NCBI GenBank assembly: GCA_965243115.1
Contig: CBDEUD010000003.1
Span: 2,474,200 to 2,538,199, forward strand
Reading direction: 5' to 3'
Length of the DNA stretch: 64,000 bases
DNA from: Gammaproteobacteria bacterium
Lineage (GTDB): Bacteria; Pseudomonadota; Gammaproteobacteria; Eutrophobiales; Eutrophobiaceae
Shown here: positions 1 through 10,605 of the stretch, one piece after another
How the letters are laid out: each line of letters starts with the position of its first letter
Position numbering within the stretch: the stretch's first letter is position 1
Position numbers and translations under genes: made by a program
Notes under the pieces: generated by a model
What the model saw: only the letters and a program-made list of their open reading frames with translations
The model's database searches: none
Told to the model about the DNA's origin: nothing

Positions 1-1282
1 CCGTCACGGTGTAATTCACGTCCACCTGGTCCGCGGAACCCGGCACCGCCGGAGTCTCCACGTTGACCTCCTCGAAAAAGCCCAGCCTCTGCAGCCTGAT
101 CTTGCCTCTTTCCACCTTGGGAGTCGAAATCCAGCCGCCCTCGTGCTGGCGCATTTCCCGCCGCAACACCTCGTCCCTGGTCCTGGTATTCCCGGAAAAA
201 TTCATCCTTCTCACGTAAACCCGTTTGCCGGGGTCCACGAAGAACGTGACTTCCACCGTATTGTCGTCTTCGTTTATATCCGGGATGGAGTTGACGTTGG
301 CAAAAGCGTAGCCGGCGCCTCCCAGGCGTTCCGACATGCGTTCGCTGCTGTCGGTCACCTGCTTGCGCGAGAACAGGCTGCCCCGGGTCACGCTGATCAG
401 GTAAAACAGTTGCTCCTCCGGAAGAATGAACTCACCGGCCAGCTTCACTCCGGACACGGTGTACTGGCCGCCCTCGGTGATGTTGATGGTGATGTATATA
501 TCTTTCTTGTCGGGCGTGATCGATACCTGGGTGGAGTCGATACTGAAATTGACGTAACCCCGGTCCAGGTAAAACGAACGCAGGGTTTCCAGGTCTCCCG
601 ATAATTTCTGGCGCGAGTACTGGTCGTCCTTGGTGAAAAAGGAAAACAGGGTCGGCCTCGATAACTCAAATCCATCCAGCAGGTCATCCTCCTTGAAGGA
701 CTGGTTGCCGACGACGTTGATCTGCTTTATCCGGGCTGCTTTTCCCTCCGAAATATCGATGGTCACGGCAACCCGGTTATTGGCCAGGGGTGTTACCTGG
801 GAGTCGATTTTTACGCCGTATTTACCGGCGGAAAAATACTGCCTGCGCAGTTCCCGCTCCAGTCCGTCCAGTTGCGACTGGTCGAATACCCGCCCCTCGG
901 CAAAGCCGATCTGGTTCAGGCCGTCAAGTAAATCCTCCGTCTTTATGTCCTTGTTGCCGCTGATTTCAATACTGCCGATTGCGGCCCTTTCCTTCAATAC
1001 GATGACCAGGATATTACCGTCCCGTTTCAGTTGCACATCATCGAAGAAACCCGTCTTGAACAGGGCGCTGACCGCTTCCGAGGAAACCGCGGGATTAAAG
1101 GTGTCACCCACTTCCAGCGGCAGGTAGTTGAACACGGTTCCCGGCGTCAGGCGCTGCAGGCCCTCAACCCGGATATCTTCAATGACAAATTCCTGTGCGG
1201 CAGTGGCCTGAGCGAATACGGCAAATACCAGCACAGCAAGAAACAATTTGAATGGATGTGCTTTGAATCTTTCGGACAACAT
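1..1282 (-). CDS. bamA: Outer membrane protein assembly factor BamA, N-terminal part (continues beyond window start)
   Basis: Minus-strand translation from ATG at 1282 gives MLSERFKAHPFKLFLAVLVFAVFAQATAAQEFVIEDIRVEGLQR..., a typical BamA signal peptide and POTRA1 region. Position upstream of rseP matches the conserved bamA-rseP synteny. Not in the ORF track because the ORF runs off the window. Confidence 0.85.
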   Translation of the reverse strand, partial: MLSERFKAHPFKLFLAVLVFAVFAQATAAQEFVIEDIRVEGLQRLTPGTVFNYLPLEVGDTFNPAVSSEAVSALFKTGFFDDVQLKRDGNILVIVLKERAAIGSIEISGNKDIKTEDLLDGLNQIGFAEGRVFDQSQLDGLERELRRQYFSAGKYGVKIDSQVTPLANNRVAVTIDISEGKAARIKQINVVGNQSFKEDDLLDGFELSRPTLFSFFTKDDQYSRQKLSGDLETLRSFYLDRGYVNFSIDSTQVSITPDKKDIYITINITEGGQYTVSGVKLAGEFILPEEQLFYLISVTRGSLFSRKQVTDSSERMSERLGGAGYAFANVNSIPDINEDDNTVEVTFFVDPGKRVYVRRMNFSGNTRTRDEVLRREMRQHEGGWISTPKVERGKIRLQRLGFFEEVNVETPAVPGSADQVDVNYTVT

Positions 1283-1340
1283 GTTCCTAATAATAACACC
1301 TCCATCCGACAAATCCATCACCTTGCCTGCCGTGGAGAGA

Positions 1341-1439
1341 TGGGGGTCTGGAGATGGGGGTCAGGTCGCACATTGCACACATGAAGAAATAACCGGGAAA
1401 CTGTCACAAACCTCAATGTGTGCAATGTGCGACCTGACC
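1341..1439. repeat. REP-like palindromic element, family 1: 32-bp perfect inverted arms GGAGATGGGGGTCAGGTCGCACATTGCACACA with a 35-bp spacer
   Basis: Arms read directly as exact reverse complements. Two further copies lie at 50642-50699 and 51468-51536. Located between the rseP stop and the bamA start. Confidence 0.8.
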
Positions 1440-1458
1440 CCCATCTCCCTATTTCTCA

Positions 1459-2868
1459 TCAGCCGGCAAGCCTGAGAATGTCATTATAGATGGCCAGCGC
1501 CATCAGGCCGAACAGCAATGCGATACCGATGCGCTGGCCCAGCAGTTGTACCGGCATGGACACCGGACTGCCCTTGACAAATTCTATGAAATAATAGAAC
1601 AGGTGACCGCCGTCGAGTAACGGTATCGGCAACAAGTTCAGTACCGCCAGGCTGATGCTGACGATAGCCAGGAACCCCAGAAAGGTCACGATACCCATGC
1701 GCGCCGTCTGCGCCGCGTACTGGGCTATGCTGACCGGACCGCTGAGGTTTTTCAGGGATGCTTCCCCGGTAATCATCCTGCCCAGAATCTGCAGGGTGAC
1801 AAAGGTCATATCAACGGTTTTTCCGACACCTTTCAGCAATGCCGTATGGGCGGGATAGGTTTCTATCGCCAGCAGGGACTGGTCGGTAACGAAGTCCGCT
1901 TTCAGACCGACGCCGATAAAACCGATTGTCTCTCCTTCCCCGGAGAGCTTCTCCCCAGGTGTCAAAGTCAGTTCCATGTCGGCACCGTTGCGGGATATCC
2001 TTACCGCTAACGGAATTCCGGGCGCAGCCCTGATGAGTTCCACCCAGTGCTGCCAGTCTCTCACCGGAGTCCCGTCCACGGCCAGAATCCTGTCACCTGG
2101 CGCCAGGCCGGCCCGCCTGCCGGCGCCCTGGTCGGCAACCTCGCCGATAACGGCCGGCACCACCGGCCGCAACGGTTCTACTCCCAGCAGCCGCAACAGG
2201 TTCCCCTCTGCCATGGCATCTATCGGAATTGACGCGAGGTCGAGTTCCAGCGATCGCTCATATCCCCGGGTATCCTTCACACCGACAACCGCCGCGTCAC
2301 GTTCTATCACCCCGGCAACGAGCAGTTCCATGGCCGTATTCCAGGTCGGCGTTGCCCGCCCGTCGATATCCATGATTTCATCATCCGCCCGAAAACCTGC
2401 CTGCATGGCCACGGAACCCTCTGCCACGGTACCGATTACCGGTTTCAACCCGGTCACCCCGATTACGTAGATGAGCCAGTAAGCCAGGACTGCGAAAATA
2501 AAATTGAACACGGGCCCTGCAGCCACTATGGCCGTGCGCGCACCGAGCGATTTGTTATTGAACGCCCGGGCGCGTTCCTGCTCGGGGACAAAGCCCTCCC
2601 GCTCGTCCAGCATCTTCACGTAACCGCCCAGGGGGAATACGCCGACGACAAATTCAGTGTTGTCACTGGTGAACACCTTGCGCCACAGGGGACGTCCGAA
2701 ACCAACCGAAAAGCACAGGATTTTTACGTTGCATCTCCTGGCTGTCCAGTAATGTCCGAATTCATGGAAGGTGATCAGAATTCCCAGCGCGACAATAAAC
2801 GCACCCAGCGTCTGGATGATGGAGATCATCGCAGCACCTGGTGCGAAGTCCCGGCCGACAACCGGCAT
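1459..2868 (-). CDS. rseP: Regulator of sigma-E protease RseP (site-2 zinc metalloprotease)
   Basis: HEFGHYW zinc motif, PDZ domains and multiple TM segments. The likely true start is the ATG at 2829 ([16 protein letters not shown]..., AGGTG SD 6 nt upstream), which overlaps the dxr stop in an ATGA arrangement. Confidence 0.9.
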   Translation of the reverse strand: MPVVGRDFAPGAAMISIIQTLGAFIVALGILITFHEFGHYWTARRCNVKILCFSVGFGRPLWRKVFTSDNTEFVVGVFPLGGYVKMLDEREGFVPEQERARAFNNKSLGARTAIVAAGPVFNFIFAVLAYWLIYVIGVTGLKPVIGTVAEGSVAMQAGFRADDEIMDIDGRATPTWNTAMELLVAGVIERDAAVVGVKDTRGYERSLELDLASIPIDAMAEGNLLRLLGVEPLRPVVPAVIGEVADQGAGRRAGLAPGDRILAVDGTPVRDWQHWVELIRAAPGIPLAVRISRNGADMELTLTPGEKLSGEGETIGFIGVGLKADFVTDQSLLAIETYPAHTALLKGVGKTVDMTFVTLQILGRMITGEASLKNLSGPVSIAQYAAQTARMGIVTFLGFLAIVSISLAVLNLLPIPLLDGGHLFYYFIEFVKGSPVSMPVQLLGQRIGIALLFGLMALAIYNDILRLAG

Positions 2869-4028
2869 TGATCGCCTGCGTAATCCCGCGCCCGCCGGTC
2901 CGCGTCCAGGATCTGTTCCAGTGTGTCGGCAGGCTGGTTCGCTACGCCTTCCAGGGTTTGTTTCACGACTTGCGCAATTTCCGTATACCTGATACGGCCC
3001 CCCAGGAATTCATCAACGGCAACTTCATTGGCGGCGTTCAATATCGCCGTAGCCGTTCCGCCCTGCGCCAATGCCTGCCTTGCCAGTCCCAGGCACGGGA
3101 ACCTTTCCGGGTCGGGCTTTGCAAAGTTCAGTTGTGCTATGTCGGACAGGTTCAGCTTCTTTACGCCGGACTCGATGCGGCGCGGCCAGGCCATTGCATG
3201 GGCTATGGGCGTGCGCATATCCGGGTTTCCCAGTTGCGCCAGGACCGAACCGTCGGAATATTCAACCAGGGAGTGGATAACGCTCTCGGGATGGATAACG
3301 ACCTCGACATTCTCTGCGCCGGTATCAAACAGCCAGCAGGCCTCAATAACCTCCAGCCCCTTGTTCATCATGGTGGCTGAATCCACGGATATCTTCTTGC
3401 CCATGTCCCAGTTGGGGTGTGCGCAGGCTTCAGCGGGTGTCACACTGTCCAGTTCCCCCACAGGTCTGGTCAGGAACGGCCCGCCGGATGCGGTCAGCAG
3501 GATGCGCGTGACCCCGGCTACATCCAGTCCGTCGTCAAAGTCCCGCGGCATACACTGGAATATGGCGTTATGCTCACTGTCGATGGGCAGCAGCCGGCCG
3601 CCGTTTTCCCTGACTGCGTCCATAAACAGTTTTCCCGACATGACCAGCGCCTCCTTGTTGGCAAGCAGCACCCGCTTGCCGCTGCGCGCCGCAGTCAGGG
3701 TCGGCAACAGTCCCGCGGCCCCTACGATCGCCGCCATGACATAGTCCGTCTCGGCGCAGCCTGCCACCTCCTGCAATCCCTCCTGCCCCGACAACACCTT
3801 GATATCAGGCGCCTCTTGCCGCAACCTGGCCGTTAACCGGGCGGCGGCCTCAGCGTCCGCCATCACTGCATACCTGGGCCGCCAGGTCAGGCACTGCTCA
3901 TACAGCCCCCTGACATTCGTGTTGGCGGTCAGTGCAACCGGCTCAAACAAGTCCCTGTGCCTGGCGATTACATCCAGGGTGCTTACCCCGATACTTCCGG
4001 TCGATCCCAGTATGGTTACGCCGGTCAC
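2826..4028 (-). CDS. dxr: 1-deoxy-D-xylulose 5-phosphate reductoisomerase
   Basis: GTG start. N-terminus [14 protein letters not shown] and collinear similarity to E. coli Dxr ([19 protein letters not shown] motifs). Confidence 0.9.
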   Translation of the reverse strand: MTGVTILGSTGSIGVSTLDVIARHRDLFEPVALTANTNVRGLYEQCLTWRPRYAVMADAEAAARLTARLRQEAPDIKVLSGQEGLQEVAGCAETDYVMAAIVGAAGLLPTLTAARSGKRVLLANKEALVMSGKLFMDAVRENGGRLLPIDSEHNAIFQCMPRDFDDGLDVAGVTRILLTASGGPFLTRPVGELDSVTPAEACAHPNWDMGKKISVDSATMMNKGLEVIEACWLFDTGAENVEVVIHPESVIHSLVEYSDGSVLAQLGNPDMRTPIAHAMAWPRRIESGVKKLNLSDIAQLNFAKPDPERFPCLGLARQALAQGGTATAILNAANEVAVDEFLGGRIRYTEIAQVVKQTLEGVANQPADTLEQILDADRRARDYAGDQCRLSAGTSHQVLR

Positions 4029-4858
4029 GACGTTGCCTCCAGCAGCAGAACACCGGTAAAAAACACCGGCGCCGCGGCCGTCATGCTGTCAATCCGGTCC
4101 AATGCCCCCCCGTGGCCGGGCAACAGTTCACCGCTGTCCTTGAACCCCCCGCTACGCTTTATCATGCTCTCGGTGAGATCGCCCACAACAGAGACGGCAG
4201 TTGTGACCAGACAGACCAGCAGGAACAGGATGGACTCGTACAGCGCCAGTTGCAGCAACAGGGAGCAAATGACTGCGACCAGCAGGCCACAGCCCAGGGC
4301 GCCGTATAAACCCTCCAGGGTTTTGCCCGGGCTGACCTGACTGGCAAGTTGATTCCTGCCCCACCTTTGACCCACGTAATATGCTCCCGTATCCGCGCTC
4401 CAGATCAATACCAGTAAACAGGTTACCAGAACCGGACCGCGTAAATCAGGATCAGCATGCAAAGCGACCAGGGATACCCACGCGGGAACCAGCACGACGA
4501 TGCCGATGCCGGTATGCAACGTCAGCCCCGGACTGAATTCTCTGCCGCGTTGCCGGCGTATGACCAGTACCAGGGCCAGCACCCACCAGGCCAGCGACGA
4601 ACCCACGATAAACAAGGTCACGCTGCTGCCGATATTACGGTAACAGACTGTCAAAAGTAACGCGGTCAGTACCACCGCAAATGCCTTGCGGCGTCTGTCA
4701 TGTATTCCCGCAAGACCCGCCCATTCCCATATTCCGGTCAGGATGATTACGCCGCACAGGCCGGCGAACAGTCCGTGTGTACCGTAAACGGTTACTCCGA
4801 GAACCAGCGGAATCAGCACCAGCGCAGTGCCGATCCTTGTATCAAAGGGCAGTTTCAT
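4025..4858 (-). CDS. cdsA: Phosphatidate cytidylyltransferase (CDP-diglyceride synthase)
   Basis: Multi-TM protein with the CdsA C-terminal signature (SxxKRxxGxKDxxxxxPGHGGxLDRxDS). The ORF extends to 4963, but the ATG at 4858 ([10 protein letters not shown]) is the probable start. GTGA overlap with the dxr start. Confidence 0.85.
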   Translation of the reverse strand: MKLPFDTRIGTALVLIPLVLGVTVYGTHGLFAGLCGVIILTGIWEWAGLAGIHDRRRKAFAVVLTALLLTVCYRNIGSSVTLFIVGSSLAWWVLALVLVIRRQRGREFSPGLTLHTGIGIVVLVPAWVSLVALHADPDLRGPVLVTCLLVLIWSADTGAYYVGQRWGRNQLASQVSPGKTLEGLYGALGCGLLVAVICSLLLQLALYESILFLLVCLVTTAVSVVGDLTESMIKRSGGFKDSGELLPGHGGALDRIDSMTAAAPVFFTGVLLLEATS

Positions 4859-5639
4859 TTTGTCCGAGTTGCTCAGAGGTGCGGCCGAAGCGGCGTTGCC
4901 TGCCCACGTAGGATTGCAATGCCTTGTCATACTCCGTATTGGTAAAGTCCGGCCAGTACACATCGGTAAAATACATTTCCGTGTAAGCCAGTTGCCATAG
5001 CAGAAAGTTACTGATGCGAACCTCTCCGCCCGTGCGAATGAACAGATCAGGGTAGTCCGGCAAATCCAGTTGGCGCCTCAATGCCTCTTCCGATACCGCA
5101 TCGCTGCCGCTGTTTTCGCCGGACAGTGCGGAAAAGAGTTTTTTACAAGCCGACACGATCTCCGTACGCCCACCATAATTTATTGCGATAACCAGGTTTA
5201 ACCCGTTGTTTGCCGCGGTTCTTCGTGCTGCATTTTGAGTGGAAAGTTGCAGCTCTTCGGGAAAAACGGAAATATCACCGATAAAAGATAACCTGACGTT
5301 ATTTTTATGCAACTCATCGAGTTCATCATCCAGTGCGGTTACGAACAACTCGATCAATAAAGCCACTTCGGCGTGCGGGCGCTGCCAGTTTTCACTGCTG
5401 AAAACATAAACGGTCAGTGTCTTGACCCCGCGGTAAATACTGTGTTCGACCGTTCCGCGCAAGGCGTCTATACCGGCTTTGTGACCTGCCGCACGTGGCA
5501 AGCCCCTGCTTTTTGCCCACCTGCCGTTACCATCCATGACGATGGCCACGTGCTCCGGCATGTTTTCCATCAGACCGGACGTGGCGTCAGCCTGTGCGAT
5601 GAGCGCGCACGATATTGATCTGTGTCTTTCATCTCGCAC
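4842..5639 (-). CDS. uppS: Ditrans,polycis-undecaprenyl-diphosphate synthase
   Basis: HVAIVMDGNGRWA, FSSENWQRP and RTGGEVRISNFLLWQLAYTE motifs. Start is uncertain: GTG at 5639, or ATG at 5570 or 5561. Confidence 0.85.
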   Translation of the reverse strand: MRDERHRSISCALIAQADATSGLMENMPEHVAIVMDGNGRWAKSRGLPRAAGHKAGIDALRGTVEHSIYRGVKTLTVYVFSSENWQRPHAEVALLIELFVTALDDELDELHKNNVRLSFIGDISVFPEELQLSTQNAARRTAANNGLNLVIAINYGGRTEIVSACKKLFSALSGENSGSDAVSEEALRRQLDLPDYPDLFIRTGGEVRISNFLLWQLAYTEMYFTDVYWPDFTNTEYDKALQSYVGRQRRFGRTSEQLGQNETAL

Positions 5640-5676
5640 GCCCCGAAGGCGTACCCGCTGCCGCGGTTTCCGGGCT

Positions 5677-6234
5677 TCATATCTCCATCAACTCCGCCTC
5701 TTTGTCCTTGAGGATTTCCTCGATGTCCCTGATATGCGCATCGGTCATCTTCTGGATGTTGCCCTCCTCCCTGCGGTCCTCGTCTTCGGTAATCATCTTT
5801 TCCTTCAGCATTTCCTTCATGTGGTGGTTTGCATCGCGGCGGATATTGCGCACGGCAACCCTGGCTTTCTCCGCTTCCGATCTGACTACCCGGGTCAGTT
5901 CCTTCCTGCGTTCCTGTGTCAGGGCCGGTAACGGGACCCGCATCACGCTGCCCGCGGTGACCGGGTTCAAGCCCAGGTCCGAATTCAATATCGCCTTTTC
6001 AATGTCCGTAACCATATTCTTGTCCCACGGCGACACACCCAGTGTACGGGCATCGAGGACGGTAATGTTGGCGGCCTGGTTCAACGGCACCTGGCTGCCA
6101 TAGTAGTTAACGGTGACATGCTCCAGCAGGCTCGGGTGAGCCCGTCCGGTGCGGATTTTCGACAGCTCGCTGCGTAGCGCCTTGAGCGTTTTGTCCATGC
6201 GGCTGTCCGCGTCTTTGAGGATATCTTCAATCAT
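5677..6234 (-). CDS. frr: Ribosome recycling factor
   Basis: 185 aa, collinear with Frr ([32 protein letters not shown]...). Confidence 0.92.
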   Translation of the reverse strand: MIEDILKDADSRMDKTLKALRSELSKIRTGRAHPSLLEHVTVNYYGSQVPLNQAANITVLDARTLGVSPWDKNMVTDIEKAILNSDLGLNPVTAGSVMRVPLPALTQERRKELTRVVRSEAEKARVAVRNIRRDANHHMKEMLKEKMITEDEDRREEGNIQKMTDAHIRDIEEILKDKEAELMEI

Positions 6235-6354
6235 TTTAGTTTCTGGTTTTTAGTTTTTTAGTTGCCAGTTATTGGGTTGTGGATGCTGGTTTTCCCTTTG
6301 TTGTTGAACACCGCCTTGAACAATTACTAAAAACTGACTACTGAAAACCGACAA

Positions 6355-7080
6355 CTATTGAGTAACGAGCGTACCTTCCGCCATGCCCCTGGCAGCGCGC
6401 AACAAGGCGCCGGGCTGCATCATATTCAAAACCCGCAAGGGCATGTTGTTCTCGCGGCACAGCACAATGGCAGTCGTATCCATCACTGCAAGTTTTCTTT
6501 CAATCACTTCATCATAACCCAAAACATCATACCTGATCGCCGTTTTGTCATGTACCGGATCGGCGGAGTAAATGCCGTCCACCTTGGTCGCCTTGATTAA
6601 CAGGTCGGCATTGATCTCCACAGCCCGGAGACTGGCGGCCGAGTCGGTGGTAAAGAACGGGTTACCTGTCCCGGCCGCAAAGATCACCACCCGGCCTTTT
6701 TCCAGGTGACGCACCGCACGCCGCCGGATGTAGTCTTCACAGACCTCGTTGATTTTTATGGCCGACATTACCCTGGCGAAGGCGCCAAGCTGTTCCAGGG
6801 CATCCTGCAAAGCGAGGGAGTTCATGATGGTAGCCAGCATACCCATGTGGTCGGCGGTGACCCGGTCAATCCCTGCTGCGGCAAGTCCCGATCCGCGGAA
6901 AAAATTCCCCGCACCCAGAACCAGTGCGATCTCTGCACCGTTCCGGCTCAGGTCCCGGATCTCATTTGCCAGTCTCTTGATTGTGGCAGGATCAATCCCG
7001 TAAGCGGCTTCGCCCATCAACGCTTCGCCGCTCAGTTTAATCAGAATTCTTCGATATTGCAGTTCCGGGGATTCAGGCAA
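6355..7080 (-). CDS. pyrH: UMP kinase
   Basis: [16 protein letters not shown]-terminus and amino-acid kinase fold motifs. TTG start. Confidence 0.9.
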   Translation of the reverse strand: MPESPELQYRRILIKLSGEALMGEAAYGIDPATIKRLANEIRDLSRNGAEIALVLGAGNFFRGSGLAAAGIDRVTADHMGMLATIMNSLALQDALEQLGAFARVMSAIKINEVCEDYIRRRAVRHLEKGRVVIFAAGTGNPFFTTDSAASLRAVEINADLLIKATKVDGIYSADPVHDKTAIRYDVLGYDEVIERKLAVMDTTAIVLCRENNMPLRVLNMMQPGALLRAARGMAEGTLVTQ

Positions 7081-7087
7081 ATCACAC

Positions 7088-7984
7088 CTACTCTTTAGTC
7101 AATCCGGCCTGTTGCATGACGTCAGCGGCAAAATTATCCGCTTTCTTTTCGATACCTTCACCGACTTCATACCTGATAAAACCATTCACCGACGCGTTGT
7201 TTGCCTTTAACAGGGCTGCCACGGAGGTATCGGGGTCCTTGACGAAAGCCTGCCCGGTCAAGGTGTTTTCCCGCAAAAACTTTTTCACCCTGCCGCTGAC
7301 CATTTTCTCGATAATATCATCCGGTTTACCCGATTGCCTGGCCTGGGCAAGCAGGACCTGCCTTTCATTCTCCAATACCTGCGGCGCAACATCCTCTTCA
7401 TTGACGCACAACGGATTACTGGCTGCGATATGCATCGCCAGATCCTTTGCCAGGCCGGGATTATCCGCAGACAGGTCCACTATTACACCTATCCTGATAC
7501 CGTGCACGTAGATACCCAGGGTGCCGCCGGCCGTCTTGTTGAGCCGGGCAAAGCGGCGGATGCTGATGTTCTCCCCCAGCTTGGTCACCAACTCCTGCCT
7601 GGTATCTTCGACCGTTTGCGTTCCCCCATTGTTTAACCGTAATTGCCCCGCGCTATCCGCAGTTGCGCCGGGTTGCCCAAGGAGCGTGTTGGCAAGTTGA
7701 CTGGAGAAACCCTGAAAGTTTTCATCCTTGGCGACAAAGTCCGTTTCACAGTTGACCTCCAGTATCACTGCCTGGTTGCCGGCCTGATCCGGTTTCACAA
7801 CTATGGTCCCTTCGGCCGCGATGCGTCCTGCTTTTTTTGCCGCTTTGGCGATGCCGGATTTTCGCATCACATCGATTGCGGCTTCAATATCGCCGCCGGC
7901 TTCCTGCAGCGCCTTTTTACAATCCATCATCCCGGCACCGGTCCTGTCCCGCAATTCTTTTACCATCGACGCAGTAATTTGCAT
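7088..7984 (-). CDS. tsf: Elongation factor Ts
   Basis: [26 protein letters not shown] matches the EF-Ts N-terminus. The ORF extends to 7996, but the ATG at 7984 aligns with the E. coli start. Confidence 0.9.
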   Translation of the reverse strand: MQITASMVKELRDRTGAGMMDCKKALQEAGGDIEAAIDVMRKSGIAKAAKKAGRIAAEGTIVVKPDQAGNQAVILEVNCETDFVAKDENFQGFSSQLANTLLGQPGATADSAGQLRLNNGGTQTVEDTRQELVTKLGENISIRRFARLNKTAGGTLGIYVHGIRIGVIVDLSADNPGLAKDLAMHIAASNPLCVNEEDVAPQVLENERQVLLAQARQSGKPDDIIEKMVSGRVKKFLRENTLTGQAFVKDPDTSVAALLKANNASVNGFIRYEVGEGIEKKADNFAADVMQQAGLTKE

Positions 7985-7992
7985 TGTACTTC

Positions 7993-9507
7993 TCAATCCT
8001 GTTTCACTTCGGTTTTGTCTTCAGGGACCGCGCTGTCCTGTTTTGCGGCACTTTCTGTTTTTGCCGGGATTTTAGCGGTAGTCTTTGCCGGTGTCTTTGC
8101 CGGGGCTTTAGCGGTGGTTTTTGCCGGCGTCTTTGCCGGGGCTTTAGCGGTAGTCTTTGCCGGCGTCTTTGCCGGGGTTTTAGCGGTGGTCTTTGCCGGT
8201 GTCTTTGCCGGGGCTTTTGCCGTGGTCTTTGCCGGCGTCTTTGCCGGAGCTTTTGCCGCGGTTTTTGCCGGCGTCTTTGCCGGAGCTTTTGCCGCGGTTT
8301 TTGCCGGTGTCTTTGCCGGCGTCTTTGCCGGAGCTTTTGCCGCGGTTTTTGCCGGCGTCTCAGCCGGGGCTTTTGCGGTGGTTTTTGCCGTGGCTTTTTT
8401 CGCCGCACTCCCGGTGCCCGCGGATTTTGTCGCAGCCCGCTTCGGCTTTTCGGTTGCGGCCGGCTTCACGTCCTCGCTTACCGCTTCACCTGCCGGGTCA
8501 TCTTTCTGCGCTTCAGCGGCAGCCCCGTCTTCCTTTTCCCCAGCCTGATCAGCAGCCGTCACAACCTCCGGCTCTTCGGTCTCAGCAGGGCTTTCCGTTT
8601 CCGTTAGCGCCTCGGCAACCTGTGCCTCCGCTTGTACTTCAGAACTTGCTTCATCTTCCTGTGCATTGCCGGCATCGGCTTCCGTTTCAACGGGCTTCCT
8701 GATCTTTTCCCTCACGGTCTTCTTCTTGACCAGGACTTTTTCCTCCTTGGCCTCGACAATAGGCGCCCCCTCGGCGTCAAGCTCCACGAAATCATCCTTG
8801 TCTCCGCCCTCACCAAGATGCGCAACCGAATCCTTGCCCGTTATGATCGCATCGGCCACGGCTTTTGTGTATAACCTGATTGACCTTATGGCATCATCAT
8901 TGCCCGGTATAACGTAATCAACCCCGGCAGGACTGTTGTTGCTGTCGACTATGCCGATAACGGGTATCTTGAGCTTGACCGCTTCGCTGACGGCGATATC
9001 CTCGTAGCCTACATCGATCACGAACAATGCATCCGGCCAGCCGTCCATATCCTTGATCCCTGACAGGTTCCGGTCCAGTTTTTCCAGTTCCCTCTCAAAA
9101 TGCAGTATTTCCTTCTTGCTCATGCGTTCCATGCCGCCGCCGGTTTTCATCTCCTCCAGTTCCTTCAGACGGTTGATCGATTGCTTGACCGTTTTGTAGT
9201 TGGTCAGCAGGCCGCCCAACCAGCGCAGGTTGACATACGGCATGCCGCAACGCTGGGCTTCTTCCTTGATAATCTGTTGTGCGGCGCGTTTTGTCCCCAC
9301 GAACAGGATTGTTCCCTTGTTTGCCGACAACTTGCCGGCAAAGTTCAGGGCTTCCTGGAGCAGGACCTTGGTCTTCTCCAGGTCGATAATGTGTATTTTA
9401 TTACGATGGCCATACAGGTAAGCGGCCATTTTGGGATTCCAGTAACGCGTCTGGTGGCCAAAATGTACACCGGCCTCCAGCATCTCGCGCATGCTGATTT
9501 CAGACAT
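7993..9507 (-). CDS. rpsB: 30S ribosomal protein S2 with a roughly 250-aa low-complexity C-terminal extension (acidic segment followed by [12 protein letters not shown]-type tandem repeats)
   Basis: [27 protein letters not shown]... is collinear with S2 for about 255 aa, with SD caggag 7 nt upstream of the ATG at 9507. The frame then stays open through 8742-7993, encoding an E/A/T-rich acidic stretch followed by K/A/P/T repeats. The stop lies 8 nt before the tsf ATG. Confidence 0.8.
   Translation of the reverse strand: MSEISMREMLEAGVHFGHQTRYWNPKMAAYLYGHRNKIHIIDLEKTKVLLQEALNFAGKLSANKGTILFVGTKRAAQQIIKEEAQRCGMPYVNLRWLGGLLTNYKTVKQSINRLKELEEMKTGGGMERMSKKEILHFERELEKLDRNLSGIKDMDGWPDALFVIDVGYEDIAVSEAVKLKIPVIGIVDSNNSPAGVDYVIPGNDDAIRSIRLYTKAVADAIITGKDSVAHLGEGGDKDDFVELDAEGAPIVEAKEEKVLVKKKTVREKIRKPVETEADAGNAQEDEASSEVQAEAQVAEALTETESPAETEEPEVVTAADQAGEKEDGAAAEAQKDDPAGEAVSEDVKPAATEKPKRAATKSAGTGSAAKKATAKTTAKAPAETPAKTAAKAPAKTPAKTPAKTAAKAPAKTPAKTAAKAPAKTPAKTTAKAPAKTPAKTTAKTPAKTPAKTTAKAPAKTPAKTTAKAPAKTPAKTTAKIPAKTESAAKQDSAVPEDKTEVKQD
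8035..8400. repeat. Tandem 12/36-bp repeats (gccggcgtctttgccggggctttagcggt...) forming the coding minisatellite of the S2 tail
   Basis: Periodicity is directly visible in the sequence. It makes all six frames open, which explains the spurious ORFs on the opposite strand. Confidence 0.85.
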
Positions 9508-9654
9508 ATTCAAACTCCTGACAGGGTTAAGCCTCCGCACATCCCGCATTACACCCGGCCGTCTACCGTCGAGCCGGCCAGGACCCCGAAATGCGTTCTG
9601 TAATGTGCGTGTGTTCTAACAACAGTTCTCTTGCTATAACCGGATAATTGGAGT

Positions 9655-9747
9655 CGGGATATTTGGGGTCAGAGTAAAAATACACCCAAGTTGGCGGGTG
9701 TTGCCGTGCAATTTACCAGGTATTTTTACTCTGACCCCAAATATCCC
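9655..9747. repeat. REP-like palindromic element, family 2: arms GGGATATTTGGGGTCAGAGTAAAAATAC with a roughly 37-bp spacer
   Basis: Near-perfect inverted arms. Second copy at 19937-20023. Located in the divergent rpsB/map promoter region. Confidence 0.8.
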
Positions 9748-9832
9748 TCAAATATCCGGTTCTTGCCATAACAGCAGGCGCTTTATAACATAGAAGCACT
9801 GGAGCAACAAACATTATTTCTGCGTTTTTATA

Positions 9833-10600
9833 ATGACGATATCGCTGAAAAGCGCTGATGAGATAGAAAAGATGCGTATCGCCGGCGCGCTGGCCTCCTC
9901 GGTCCTGACCATGATAGAACCCCATGTCAAGGCAGGCGTCACCACGGCCGAACTCGATCGGATCTGCCATGAATTCATCACCGGAGAACTGGATGCAATT
10001 CCTGCGCCGCTGAATTACCGCGGCTTTCCCAAGTCCATATGTACTTCGATCAATCACGTCGTCTGTCATGGCATACCCGGAAATAAACGTCTGAAAAACG
10101 GCGATATCGTCAATATCGACATCACCGTGATTAAAGATGAATTTCACGGCGATACCAGCAAGATGTTCTGCGTCGGCAAACCGTCCGTACGGGCCCGGCG
10201 ACTGATTGAAACGACATACGAGTGCATGTTGCTGGGTATCCGGATGGTTAGGCCCGGGACACGTCTGGGCGATATAGGCCATGCCATACAGTCCTATGCC
10301 GAATCCAGGCGTTTTACGGTTGTACAGGAGTACTGCGGCCATGGCATCGGCAGAAACTTCCACGAAGATCCGCAGGTTCTGCATTACGGCATTCCGGGTA
10401 CAGGCCTGGTGCTTGAACCCGGGATGACGTTTACCATCGAACCGATGATTAATGCCGGCAAGCGCTATGTCAAACTGTTGCCGGACAACTGGACTGTCGT
10501 TACCAAAGACCATTCCCTTTCCGCACAATGGGAACATACCATCCTGGTTACCGGCGACAGCTTCGAAGTATTGACCCGGCGTCCTGAAGAGGACTTTTAA
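9833..10600 (+). CDS. map: Methionine aminopeptidase, type I
   Basis: MTISLKSADEIEKMRIAGALAS... with MetAP metal-binding residues. Divergent from rpsB as in E. coli. Confidence 0.92.
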   Translation: MTISLKSADEIEKMRIAGALASSVLTMIEPHVKAGVTTAELDRICHEFITGELDAIPAPLNYRGFPKSICTSINHVVCHGIPGNKRLKNGDIVNIDITVIKDEFHGDTSKMFCVGKPSVRARRLIETTYECMLLGIRMVRPGTRLGDIGHAIQSYAESRRFTVVQEYCGHGIGRNFHEDPQVLHYGIPGTGLVLEPGMTFTIEPMINAGKRYVKLLPDNWTVVTKDHSLSAQWEHTILVTGDSFEVLTRRPEEDF

Positions 10601-10605
10601 CCCGT

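Noticed and set aside
7643-8607. Long ORFs on both strands (7643-8548 +, 7984-8607 +, 8004-8408 -) encoding FAGVFAG..., CRGFSG... or RRRQKPRQK... low-complexity proteins
   Set aside because: All are frame-shifted readings of the same 12/36-bp tandem repeat that encodes the S2 C-terminal tail. Only the frame contiguous with the conserved S2 core, with proper coupling to tsf, is credible.
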